This document shows, piece after piece, positions 12,157 to 26,400 of a stretch of DNA of 64,000 nt; positions within the stretch are counted from its first letter, which is position 1, and every line of letters begins with the position of its first letter. Below the pieces are notes generated by a model, which was given only the letters and a program-made list of their open reading frames with translations, did no database searches and had not been told where the DNA came from. Origin of the DNA: Adineta vaga. Its lineage: Eukaryota > Animalia > Rotifera. The stretch covers positions 2,790,001 to 2,854,000 of the forward strand of contig CP075492.1 of the NCBI GenBank assembly GCA_021613535.1. The letters run 5' to 3'. The translations under genes and the position numbers were made by a program.

Positions 12157-13169
12157 AGTCCGAATAGATTTATTACAAATTGTTTAATCTATAGATCGAG
12201 TTTCTCTTGTAACAATAATTTATTGACACCTGCTGACCATTTCCCATTCTCTTCTCCTGACACAAGTTGAGTAGCAACGAATCGCTCATAAAGAATAAAG
12301 AAATTACTATTACGTCATCTTTGATAAAGAGAAGACAGGCTCTCTACTGAAAAAAAAGAAAAAGTCTAGTTGTGTAGCATTATTTGATTTGAATAAAAAC
12401 GTTTTAAAAACAAATTTATGTTGCGACATAAATTCCTGCGTAATATTGGTTTGGGTACTACCGCTTCATTATTAACGAATTATGATGTACCAACAAAGAT
12501 CAACGATGATGTCAAAATCAATATAGTTAAACATCAATATGACTTTTCATTGATGAAAAATCTTGTTTTTCATCATCATCAACGTTAGGTCTTCTCAGAA
12601 AAGGGAGCTGTATCAAAAATGATTTCTTACATTCATCTATCGAAATTTTAAACCCATCATATACATCCAACAGCAATCAAACCCAAATATTCGACGATTT
12701 CGGCAGCAATGAATATTACTAGTGGAAAAAATCACCAAAACGCGTACGACCAAATTCATCGTATGACTCAGTAACTTTTCACCCTCTCAAATAGTATGAT
12801 GAACAAAAACGTGCACTGCTTGTAAACCGAAATCATTTACAAGATTGAAAATAAAAGAAATAAAAACTGAAACGACCCCTATTTTAATCACTTATAACCG
12901 ACGAAGCAAAAAAGCAAATGAACAGTTCTGCGCATCAATCCTTATGAACTGCATAGATCTTCTCGAAACCAGTTATTCATTTTTCCGCTGGAAATGTATA
13001 TATATATATATATAGGTGATAGATACAAAAAGAACTTTTCTCATTTGAGATTTTTCATTTATCGACTTTTCCAAATAGTTTTTCCAATTGAAAAAAGCAT
13101 TAATGTACCGTGTTTTGTTGGTGAACATTGATCTGTGTGAATTTAGCATTTGTCTCGCTGATCGAAAAG

Positions 13170-13290
13170 TCGTCGAACCCTCTTACCTTTTCCGTGTGTC
13201 TTTCCGGTGGGAACCAGTAGAAAAGTTATGAAACGGGCGGAAATTAAGGCTTTTCCTGTCGGTTCCGAAGGCTGGAACGAGCGACTTGGG
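13170..13290. mobile_element. Possible terminus of a dispersed repeat/TE
   Basis: Locally GC-rich non-coding block ending ...GGAACGAGCGACTTGGG, directly abutting the 5'-truncated oxygenase pseudogene. Confidence 0.3.
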
Positions 13291-14092
13291 ACAATATCAA
13301 ACAAAGAAATAATTCAAGATTAATAGTGATGGATAATCAATTAGCTGAAACACTTTGGCAATGTTTAAATTTCAATCATAAATTAGCAAAACTTCTTCAA
13401 AATACCAAACCATTGGGTTTCAATGTTCTAGGTAATTTGGAAATGATTATGGTGTCAATACAGCAATGAGATTAAATAAATATACTAAAGAAGAATATGT
13501 TGCATGTCATAAAGATGCTCAATATGCACCAAGTGGAGATGAACGATCATTATTTAGTTTATTAATTTATTTAACTGATAAATATGAAAAAGGTGAAACA
13601 AAATTTTATGTTCAAAAAATATTACCAACAAAGAATATTAAATGATTAACAATAAAAGAAGAAATTAATGCTTATAATGGATTAGCAAATGAATATGAAT
13701 GTATTTTATTCAAATTAAAGAAAGATTATGCTGTTCTCTTCACACATAATTTATTATATAAAGCAATATTACTCGAATTAAAATTGAATAAATCGATTTC
13801 CATCAGAAATTTAGCTTCATATTTTTAAATTTATTCATGAACAAGATATTCGAAATTTAGTGTTTGGGTGTGGGTGTGGGGTATAGAGAAAATAGTAGCA
13901 GATGCATTTTATAATAATGGAAATTGTTATGGTTCTTTATATCGAGTGAAACGAATTGATGAGAATAAATGTCAACCAACAATGGATTTAAATTCAAGTG
14001 TTGATCGAACATATATCACAAATCGACATCAATCACAATTTATTGGACAAGATCTTTTACCAGACCTTCATTTTACATTAAAAGATCCTTAG
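13291..14092 (+). pseudogene. 2OG-Fe(II) oxygenase (prolyl-4-hydroxylase-like) pseudogene
   Basis: RNNSRLIVMD...LAETLW (frameshift) GVNTAMRLNKY...CHKDAQY...RSLFSLLIYL...GETKFY. In-frame TGA at 13643. The distal iron His position reads HNLLYK (His to Tyr). Confidence 0.75.
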
Positions 14093-14431
14093 TCATCTTA
14101 CTCGACAAGGGATGATGCATTATTGAACATAGATTACATCTCTCTTTTACACGATTGTGTTCGTACACATCAGAAATCAGTTCCGCAAGAAAATCCCATT
14201 TCATTTTATCGAGTCAATATTGAAAAATGAATTAAAGAAATGGAAGGATTTAACCATGCATCATGTCAATGCGGATATCCATCAGTGGAATTTGATCAAT
14301 TTTCGTTTCTTGATTATATACATTACATTTATCGTTTATCTATAGGAATGAATCATGTAATTTATTAAGAATATGTTAAAAGAACAAAACCAAGTAATGA
14401 TTATAAAGTTAACTAATAGAATATGAATAGT

Positions 14432-17400
14432 TCACAAATAATCAACCATAATCTTGACACTTATTTCACGAGCAAGAATTGCCGAGAAGCGTTCAACCAA
14501 TGCATCACTGGTTGTACTGTTTGCAGCAATATTACTAAATACTGTTTGAAGTTCAGCACCTGTCAATGCAGAATAAGCTCGACCTCCACCTACTGATGCC
14601 ATATTCGCGAGTAATCGTGCTGCTGAACTTCCTGCAGCAACACCAGAACCAAAACCAACTGTATGGCAGACAAAATTATGATTAGTTCCAAATTGTTGTT
14701 TGAGTTGACGTACGAGTTCTGTAGGATCACCGCCACTGCCATCTCCACCGTCCGACATGAAAATCATTACAACTGATGATGCGGTTCTATCAGCTGCGAT
14801 TGCGCTGCTTGCTTGTTTTAAACCAGCACAGTAATTTGTTCCACCTCCACGCATTGTTAGACTACGAGGTGTATTAATAAGTCTTTGTTGTTGACAGATC
14901 GTGCGTGCACTACTATCAAATTGTACAACAGTAAAATGATCATCTCCACCTTGATCATCATTACGTCGCGTTAAAAATGTTAGATACGCATTTTGTAATG
15001 CATGCCACTCGCTAGACATTGAACCTGATTCATCGAGAACAAAGACAAAATGAAATGATTGGGTTTCTTGTTGTTTATCATCAAATAATTTTATGGTAGT
15101 GAACGCTTTGCCTGTTTCATCTTTTTTAGCATCATAATAGGCTTCAAAAGCTCTTTGCATCTTAGCTGTTGCATTTGGTTTAATACAACAAAACATTAGG
15201 TCGACTTCAGCATCTTTTTTCAATAGACGTTCACAGATACTTTTCAAAGTATGTCCATCAACTCCCTACACAAAAAGAATATATGATTGAGAAAAGAATT
15301 CAATAAAAATCTTACTTGAGGATACTTATCAATAGCAAGATTATCATTTAATTCTGGACCATGGCCAGGTGCATCAGTAATCAGTACAATGAAACGAGCA
15401 TTGGTATTACTCCAATTTTTCAATGTTAAACATTGATCCAATGCGCCAAGTACATCTTCTGGTAGATCATCACCACCTTCTGCTTTTAATGAATTCAAAA
15501 ATGTGATAACTGTGGAAATATTATCCGTAAAATCTTGTGTAAAAAATTGCGGTCGATCATTTTTATCACGATAACCAACGATAGCAAAACGTAATTTTAA
15601 TTTCAATGATGGATATTCTTTTTCAATCAATTTAGTAATACCTTCAATAATGATTTTCATTTGTTCTTTAGCTGCCATTAACCACCGAGACATACTACCA
15701 GTACAATCAAGACAGAAACATATATCAACAGTCATATTCGATGGTGGTTGACCACTGTTTACTAACATAAGTTCACGTTGACCAGCCAATTCTCGAATCA
15801 TTTCACCAAAGACTTTCTTTGATCTAATATCATCGAATAAATTATATTTCAATGCATCAATATTCGTCGTATTATTCTCGTTCATATTTGTATTTGGTGG
15901 CCATTCTAATGAGAATAATTGTGTATCTTGTTCAAATAGAGATCGTAAAGCTTTCGGTAATCCATATGGTGTTGCACATTGTAAATATCGTTTATAAACT
16001 GATTTTAAATTAGTTTGATCAATACCAATAGCCATTGCAATAAGATCAATACCATGATCTTCTGCACGTTGTTGTACCATGGATAATCGACTTCCACAAT
16101 TACTATAACCATCTGTTAGAATAAAAATCTTCTTCTCTCCTCGCATTGAACATTGAGTCAAGAGATCAATCGCAGCTTCAAGAGCATCGGCATCTTTTGT
16201 ATCATCATCTCGATCGAAACGTAATTCTTGCATAAGTGTATAAATACATGCTGCATCCCATCCTTGTTCATTTGTTTTAATTAATCGAACCGATCGACCA
16301 AAAACAATAATACCAAAATTTTCTAGATTAATTTTACGTAAAGCAGCAATAAGTACAACAATAGTATCCATCAATCCGATGCTTAACGTGCCAAACATTG
16401 ACGTTGAAATGTCAAGTACAAGACACATCATATGTTCACGTTTTCCTCCAGCTAATTTAGCACTGAAAATTTTCTTGTAACTCCATTCTGTTGTCATTGC
16501 TTTGATAAGACCAGGAAGATAGAGTGATGATCCACGTAGAGCTGCACGACGACGTGTAAATTTATTCAATGGAAAAACAAGATCACCAAGTACAGTTGAT
16601 AGATCATCGACTAAACCAGAAAAACGATATTCATCAGCAATCCATTTCTTTTCGATTTCTTGCATAGTTAATGTTGTTTTCATTGAATGATAATATTGAC
16701 GTAATTGATCGACTGTATTTGTTGCATAATCAGTATATTCATTTGGTCGTGATAAATAACTTAATAGTTGTGTACGAATCTGAAGTAAATTTGGAATACT
16801 TGCTGTTGGATTACTAATTGTATATGATGTTGGATTAGCTGTCGTATATGTATGTTTATCAGCTTGATGTACCTCTGTAATAGATGAAACATCTTTTTTG
16901 TCGGGTATTTTGATATTAATGATTGGTAATAACGTTGTTTGTGTTGTCATAGATGATAATGATGGTTTCAAACATGCTTTAATCATTTCATTCATAAGTT
17001 GAGGAACTGTAGATGATAGTTCACCTATATTATTCGCCTTAAGAACACAACTTTGTGCTTGTTTTAAACCTTTAAGTAATACTTGACTACTATTCTGATC
17101 GGCTGTTTCGATAAACATAAAACCAAGATCGATTTTATAAGTATTAATCGTTTGAGAATAACTTTTATCATCACGTTCTTGCGTTAGACCATCAGTAATC
17201 ATAAGAACGAGACGATGGATAGTATTATCTAGTGCTTTTCCTGATTTATCAATAGGAAATACTCGATCGACAATACGTAATAAACCTGTAGCAGGATAAG
17301 TTCCTTCATCAAATGTTAATGCTTCAAGAACATACTGTCCATCTTGATTTGTAAATAGATCATCAAAATTTTTCAATATCTTTTGATTTGTTCGTGTACC

Positions 17401-20400
17401 AAAACGTGCCACAGCAAATTTACTTTCTAATTTACGTAATAATTCCATAATGACAACAAGAGCTTCATAAATAGCATTTCTATGAATACTCATAGAACCT
17501 GAATTATCAATAATAATACACCAATGTATTTGATGTTGATCAAGTATACTCATACTTGTCATTAATTTTTCCCAATATGATCGAAATCCTTGTACAATAA
17601 GGTCAACCATTTGAGCAATAGGTGGTGCTTCAACTAACAATTCATATGTCCATCGTTCATGTTTCTGACTTGGTCGAAGAGCTGCACGACTATCTAATTT
17701 TCCTTCAGGAACAGTCGAAGCTACTTTAGCACCGGCTTTTTCATACATATCCACTAGATTCGGTTGTTTTTGTAAATGCTCTTGCATAGCTTTCATTTGT
17801 AAATCAACACTGATTCCTTGCATAGATGATGAATCCATATCCGATGGTAACATATCGGTCGACATTGTTCCACCACTAGATGATATTATATTCATTTTAC
17901 CCGTGTTTTGTTGTAACATATTATTAGCTAGATTTGATATACTTGTTTGAAGATTTGAACTACCACTGGATCTATTTGTCTTTTTTGATTTTACATGTTG
18001 AATCTTTTTGGCTAATTTCATAGCATCGGCAATTTGTTGATCAGTACTTGTTGCCATTGCATTTTGCCAATCATCGAATGATATTGATGGATCATTATTT
18101 TCGTTCATGTTGATCAATGGCATAGATGTACTATTTTGAGCAATAGATTCTGATGGTGTACTGATTTGTGGAAGAATATCAAGTTTGAAGTTACTTGATG
18201 ATTTACCTTTAGGAGTTACAGATTGTGAAGGCAAATTAAAATCGAGTTTAATTCGACTTATATCGATATTCAATTGACGAAGAGTATTACGCATAATTGG
18301 ATATTTTTCGAGAGATAAAGATAGTAAACATTTTTCAACTTGTGTTAATTCTTTAATGAGAAATTGAACACCAACATGAGCAAAATTAGGTTCGAGAATT
18401 TTTCGGACTATAACAAGGTTACGTAATAAATGAAGACCATGTTGAACAATATCATGGCCAGCTTGAATATCTTGAGAATTATTTGAATTCGATCGATAAT
18501 GAACAAGAACATTGAATGTTGTGAATGTCGCGTACCATTGAGTGATTTTTGACAGAGTAGTATTTAATGTAGTATCGATAATATGATGAATTGTATCAGA
18601 TTCGGCAAAACTATTCGATGGTTGTTTAAGATGTTTGACATAATTCAATACAGATGCTTCCATATTTGCTAGTGTTTCTTCAGAATATGGACAAATGATT
18701 GATCTCATTCTTGTGAGTGTTGGAGGAGCGGACGATGGTGTAGTCGTTGTTGTTGGTGGTGGTGGTTGAACGGTAACGGTCGAAGTTTGTTGAGTATTAA
18801 TAGATTTAGTAAGACTTTCACGAATTGTCATTAACATTGATGGTAACTTGATTGATGATGAATTGGATGGATTGATGACGAATTCTTCTCGAGCATTTTG
18901 ACGACATCGAGCAAGAATACATAATGCAGATGTCAAGTTTGTGGTATAGAGCTGTTGACATAGAGGAATATTTTTGGTTACTAGTAGGCCAGGAATTGAA
19001 GTTAGTATAGATGAAATAGTACTAAATAATCGATGTAATTTTTTACAATTTATATCGAATAATGTCAACCATGATGGAACAATATTGTCAAAAAGAAGAT
19101 ATTGATCTTCATCATCGGATGTTGTATACGATGATAGATGTTGTAAAACTAAATAAGCATGAATTTTTGGTTGAAGTTCTAGTGGAGTAAACTGACGAAC
19201 TTGTTCGAAAAAGTCGATAGGGGATGTTGATGTTTGTGATGATAATTGACGAATTAAAGATTCGTTTGTATTTAGTAATTCTCGCTCATCATCCGTTGAT
19301 ACAAGACGATACAGTTGTAAAATTGTTTCAGCTTTATTTTCTTCTGTTTGATCATTTTCCAATGTTTCAGTCAGACGAATAACATCCTGATGACAACCCA
19401 AAGTATCTGCAAAACTGAGCATTGTTTCCCATGTTGGTGTAGAATACAGTTGTTTGTATAATTCTCTAATCGAATACCAATTCCGTTCCGGATTGAGAAC
19501 ATTGAGAAGAAGAAGAATTTGAGCAAAAATATGACCAACTGTCTTATCTTTTTCATGTAAATCACACAACAGAAGACAAGCAGATTCAATTACTTTTTTG
19601 ACAGAATTCCACTGGCTAGCAGTCAGTGAAAGAAGTTGATTAAGTATATCACAATACGGCTTGATATGTTCTATACGAATTGAAGAATTTCTAAAATCAC
19701 CAGTGAGCGTTCGTTGGAAATTATATATTTCTACAATGAGTCGTTGAGGTGGTGGTTTAGGAAGACAAGGTATATTTCGAAGTGCATTCGAAATACCATA
19801 GGATTTGGATTCGACAAAAAAGTTTTCAATAGGTTTAAATGATTGTGACGGTTCATAACGTTCGACGACTTGTTTTGTTAATTGCATGAGATCACTGAAT
19901 TGCAGTCTTTGTTTGCCTAATACACTTGTCAAAATAGAAAGAAACTCTTTGAAATTATCAAACAATGAAGTAAAAATATTTGATTTAACATTCATGTCCA
20001 TTGTATTCCATAAACTATGCATATTCTTCACTGCTTCGAGTAATGATCTTTGTATAGTATATGAGTTTTGTTGTTTAACAATCATTAAATGTAAATCGAG
20101 TAATGCTTGCCAATCAGTTTTTACTAGGCGAATAAGCATCGCTCGAGTACGTTCATTTATATGTGTAAAAAGTAATGTCCATTTCAAATCGAACAGATTA
20201 GTTGAACTTTGAATCAATTCAATCAAAGTATTTGTCGATGGTATAAGTTTTAATAATTGTTGTTCTATACTAACTGTTGACGATGGTTGAACGATCTGAT
20301 GAATAAATTTAGTAAAAGAACGAATGCTTTCAGGCATATTACAATCATTACTGATACATTGATGTATAAATTCAATAGTCTGTGCATAGACATTCTCAAT

Positions 20401-23400
20401 TGAACATTCTTCATAGATATTCCAAAATTTTTCAACATATTCTTGCATTGTATAAGCTTCATCGATATTCGCTGCTGAATTGTTTACACCTATGAGTTGA
20501 AGTCGAATAGTTTCATAGTTTGTAAATGAACGATGAAATAAACTCGAATAATAGAAAAAGGATCGATTAGTTGTACATGAAAGTCTTAAATATTTGATTA
20601 AAGTATCAGTAGCTGTGCTTATCGTTGTCTGATCGTTAAAGGAGCCAATTTCTAATTTTTCTTGATAACTTCTACTTCCACCAAGATGAAGATTCGAACA
20701 GAATGTTGACCATTCTTGACTAGTTATCGGTAATGATGAATTCTTTGTTTTTTGTGAACCACAAACATGAGCAATTGCTGTAAGCATTATTAGTGGTATG
20801 TAAGATGTATGATTGGTATGTTCTCGATAAATATGATACAGCCAAGATGATGGTAGTAAGTCTAAAGTAGACCAATCGTTCGAATTACCTTCTTTTGGTA
20901 ATGCATATTCTACTAATGGTTTTGTATGTCCAACGATCACAATTGTTATCATACGATTCGTAAGTGTACTATTCATGTCAATGACTGGATCACATAAGCT
21001 CGTTAATTCAAATTCGGCAAGTTCTATTATTTCAGATTCGAGACTAGTATCGATTTGATTATATTCGATCTTAAGATCAAATGAACGGTATTGATTCGGA
21101 TTGATACGTAGTGGTTGATTGATGGATAGTGAAGCAGGCGACGATGATTCTTGTAGAAAAGCGGTCTTAATAGCTGAATGTTTTCGACGCGGTTCTGATA
21201 TTACAAAACGAAGTTCTTTCTCTCCGATATTCTTAATCATTAATACTTTATCTTTAACGAATTTATCTGATTCAAGCAAACCAACATTGATTAAGTTTCT
21301 CGGCATTGATTGCAATTTAGGTGTATGAAATTCAATAGAATATGGAACACTAATTGGATCAATCGAAGTATTTGTTTGTATTTGTATTCGAGCATCGAAT
21401 TTTTGTAAGTCGGTCGGATAATAAATAAAGCGAACAGGTACTTGTGAGTTAGGTGCAATAACTAGATTATCTGGTTCCATATGAAGTTTAGCTGTTAAAG
21501 GTTTTCGCATATCTTGAGCTGATACAATACGTCTATAGTTTAATGTTGCTGCAGCTTTACCTGCATTTTTGAATGTGATTTCATGTTCAATAGGTAATAA
21601 TTGTTGAAGATTTTTATTCCAAATTTGTTCCATATGAGCAGCGGCTGTTATTGATATACGCTGATTATTGTCTGATGGACGACATGAATAAGTCAATTGA
21701 GGTTGAGCTGTTCGACAATCAAATGTCAATTCATAGTGATGTTTATTATTCATCACATCAATGGCAATTAAAAAATCTTGTCGTATTGTCGTCGATATTT
21801 CAATTTCAATTTCGACAGTCTTTTTTGTCTTAGAAGGTAAATGTATTTCATACATGTTCAACGTGATATTTTTCGATGAAAGACAAAGAGTATATTCAAT
21901 GACTCCTTGATTTTGAAATTCAAGAGAAATAAGACGTTTTTCACCTTTATAGAAATCATGAATTGATATACGATCAGATAAAATATTCTCTAAATAGACA
22001 CGACCTTGATAGATGACAGATAGATTAAGACGTCGTACTCGTGCAAGAACTTTGATCCATTTTAAATTTCGTGCGGAATCTATTGCTAAACATACATCTG
22101 CTTCAATATCTTCTTCAATATTATCTGTAGGTTCAATTGCAATATTGAATGGTAAAGTTGATTCTGATGGTAATTCAAATTCATCGTTGAGAAGAATCAA
22201 TTGAGAATGTCGTTGATTATTTTCTGTTCCTTGTAATTGAGATTTAATACGTACAGGACAGGGTAAAACATTTTTTAAATTGATACTTTTTTCGATTCGA
22301 TAACTACCGCATGCTATACAATCAAAATTAATTGTATCAGCCGATTGTTCTACATCGATTTTAACTGTCTGAGTTTTCACTTTAATAACATCCGATAGTG
22401 AAACTGAATTATCAATCAATAAATTCCAATTTTCTTCTGTTGAACCAAGTGTTGAGAGTGGTCGAAGAAAGACTTCTAATTCACACATATTATTTGCAAT
22501 AATTTGAACATTTTCACTTGTTACATCAAATACAGTATCATTTGAATTATTTCGATCAACTCGTATCGTTAGATCTCGACTAGTATGATTATGAATAAAT
22601 ATACGTTGAGTCATTCGTTGATGAATACCAATAAGTGTAATACCAAAATCTAGATCAGCAGATTTTGGATGACATGTCATAAGAGTTAATGTATCATCAT
22701 CATTTTTCGTTTCAGTTAACCATAAATGAGCATCACGACTCATTTGTGAATGAAGAAATGCAGCATTGAGATTATCTTCGATTGTTAAAGGTGATAAACC
22801 TATTAAACGTTTGATTTCAATCCAATTATTTGATGTTCGTTTGATTGTACGATAGATTCGTTGTGCATCATTAATAATTCGTCGATATTCATTGATATAT
22901 TGAAGATTTTCTTGTGTATTTTCTATACTTAATTTTTCAAATTGTACACATTCTTTAATCATTGTCGAAAATTCTTGTTGAGTATCTGATGCTTTAGTTA
23001 TTGAAAGTGCATTAGCCCATGCATAAGTTAGAATAAAATATGCTTTGTTTAAATATAAACATTTAACAAAACGTTTTATTTGATCACGAGCATTTAATAA
23101 ACTTTGTCGACCCGCAAGAAAAGCTTTGTTCATTGAATAAGTTTGAATAGAATCGAAGTTTATATTCGTTGCTGGCTCATCATCATTAACATATTGTATA
23201 ATGGATGAAACGGACGTAAAGTTTTTTATTGGTAATAAATCAAATGCTTGTTGAATTTTGTCTATTTGTGGTAATGACATGAATGCATGATATATAGTTG
23301 ATGTTGTTGATAGATTTTTGATATTTAATGTTTGACATTGTAATATCGAAGGAATATTTGTTAAATCTTTGTTTAATAATTCAAGTGTTTGTGTAAATGA

Positions 23401-26400
23401 TGATGATTGAAAATGAAGTTTTTCATTATTTTCTTGATAACATACTTTCATTTGATTTTCTAATTCATGTAGATCAGTTCGTATATCAATTGGAGATGGA
23501 ATTGTTATTGACTCAGATATATCTTCAGCAATACCATGAACTATATAAGAATATTTAGAATGCAATCGTTTACATTTTAATTTTACACTATTGAATGCAT
23601 GTACTGACATTTGATCATCAATCAATCTGGACCATTTTATCATGTTACCTGTGACATTTTCAGTGCCAATAGCTATATGTGTTATATGTGTTTGAATATT
23701 CATAAGAATAATTGTCATTTGATTATTTAATGGAATTAGTAGATCAAGAGCATGATGTTTTTGATCATTTTTATCCCAGAATATAATATGAATCATTTTT
23801 AAATCACAATTCAAGCATTCTATAGTAAAACAATATATATCTTGTGTTTCTGGAAATAATTCTTTGTTTAATGGAGTAAGATTCAACAAAGTTTCATAAT
23901 GACGATGTAGTTCAATTAATTTAAATAAAAAATCTGTTTTCGGTAGAGTAAAGAGATTACGTATTCCATGTTGTTGTGATTGCATTAACCAAAGAATCTC
24001 TTGAAGTACAAATGCAAAACCAGCATCAAAATCATGACTAGAATTTGTATGTGAAGTTGCACCTAAGAAGTTTAATACAGTTCGTCCCAAACCTGCTAAT
24101 TTACGTTTTGCCGTTTCGTAATACTTTTCATCTTTTGTTCGATCTTTATGACGTAATTTAAGAAAAGCATTACCAGCAAATAACCATTGTTCATATGCTT
24201 GTTTTGCTTGTTGAACGATAGATTGTAGATTTGTCAATGAATACAAATCATTTAAATTATTTGTTAATTCAACTTTTGAAATTTCATAAAAATCTTGATA
24301 AATTCCATATTCTTGTCGATAAAGACGTTCAAGTAATTTGAACGCATATGTTATTTGTTTATCATCATTGATAAATTTTGTTAATGAATGTTCAAGAAGA
24401 AGTTTTTCACTATGTTCATAAATCTCACGTGTTGATTGTAATAATTTAAAGAATAGAACATGATCCATATGTTCAATTGGCATATTCATAATAATTAATT
24501 CGAGATTATCACTACCACCAATAGTTAATTGATAGATTATTTGAAGATAAGATAATTGTCGTAAACGAATAATACGTTGTTGAGAATCAATCGATTGTAA
24601 GACAAGAGTTTTTCGTTGAAGAATATATTCAATATCAGCTAATCGAAGTGTTGAAGATTGATCATTTTCTGAAAGAAATAATGAATCATTAATAGATTTG
24701 ACTTTTCGTTGATTCCAAGTTAATTGACGATGAATATGAAATTTTTGTGCTTTAATAAATCCACGGAAGATTTCTTTCATAGCTAAATGCCATCGTCGAT
24801 TAAGATCTTCACAAAAAAGTGTCATATTCGATCGATTTTGTAATAAAATATCTTGTAATTGATCGATAAGTTCAGAGATCAGTTCAAATAGATCATATTG
24901 TAAACGTTTAGAAATAAAATCACCTTTATCATCAATTTCATTTGATTCATCGGTTAATTTAAAGAAATTTTGACAGATTTCAGTGAGTATTTTATATTCG
25001 TTTTCAGTTATAGCTGAAGAAATTTTCTCAATTAATTCATCAATTGTAGACCATGTACGTTGAATTATATGTGCAGATGGTAGAACTAATTGTATAAGAG
25101 CTTTTACTGAACGTTCAAGTTGATCGAAGAGATTAAATGGATTTGAATTAAATGTAAATACAAGATGTAAAGCAATAAATAATAATGTATCACTTTGACT
25201 TCTTAGCTGCATTTCACATCGATTTAATAGATTAAGTAGATCAACTTCTGTACGTGGCAAATTTGAATCCATTATTTCAGTAGTTATGCCTACAAGTAGA
25301 TCATCCAATGGTTCACGTATTCCACGTTGTAATTGTAAATAACGACATCCAGCTATAAGTAAATTAATAACAAATCGTTCAAACTCACGAATTAAATGTT
25401 GAAATTGTTTGCTATGTTGACCTGTCATTATAACATCAAGTTTTGTTATTTCACTACGAACATATTTACTAATATTTTGAGCACGTTTCATAATATCATT
25501 TAATTCATATCCAGAACGAATTTCATCGAGAAATAATGAACATTGTTCTCGAGTCCATAAATTTAATTGACATATATTCTGTTTCTTTTTATGATTAGCA
25601 TAAAATTCAAGTTGTGAAGTTTGTAAAAGTTGAGAATAATCTTTCCAACTCGTTGTTGAATTAATAAATGATGACAATGACATTCGTATTAAATCACAAT
25701 AATATGAAAGAAATGAATGCATTGGATCAGTTTCTGTTAATAACATTGCATGTGTTCGTACATCATTTAAACCTTCAAATAGATCCTTTTGTAATTGTTG
25801 TATTTGAATATTATCAATGATAATATGAGTTGTTTGAAGAAAACTTCGTTGAGCAATAGCTACTGGAATATTTAAAAGTGTAAGTAGATCATTTGTTGAT
25901 GAAATTTTTATTCCCGATTGTTCTGCTAAATGAACTAAAAATGTTTTAATAACTTTAGAAATATTTGAAAAATAATTCGAAATTTTCATCATCCATTGAT
26001 GCTGTTCTTGTTCTTGTTTGTATTGATATGATTGATATGCTTGTCCAAGATCTTGTTTAGCATTTAATAGTTCGTTTTGTTTCAATTCAAGATTTTTTGC
26101 CGCCAGTTTTTCATGTTGTTGACAATCGAATACTTTTCTTGTAAGTTTTTCGACAAGAAAATGATCCTCTATTGTAGCATAATATTGTTCTAATTCAGCT
26201 TCTTCACGTTCAAGACGTAATCGATCGTATTCTTTTTGTACTTTATTTACTTCTTGTTCAATTTGATGTTTCTTTGCAGTTAATTCAACGAGTTTATTTT
26301 CATGATTTTTCAATGTTGTTAATGTTAACAAATCTTTATGTTGTTGAAAATCATCAATATTATTTGCTATCCAATCGATTAAAATTATCAATGTTAATGA

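Noticed and set aside
12420-12800. Hydrophobic coding-like fragments on the minus strand
   Set aside because: Too many stops and no identifiable family; cannot support a call.
15244-15315. ORF-track C-terminus VRFLLNSF...MDIL and a separate 271-aa VWA gene
   Set aside because: This is read-through into a 50-nt intron; 14432-15265 is the last exon of the giant gene.
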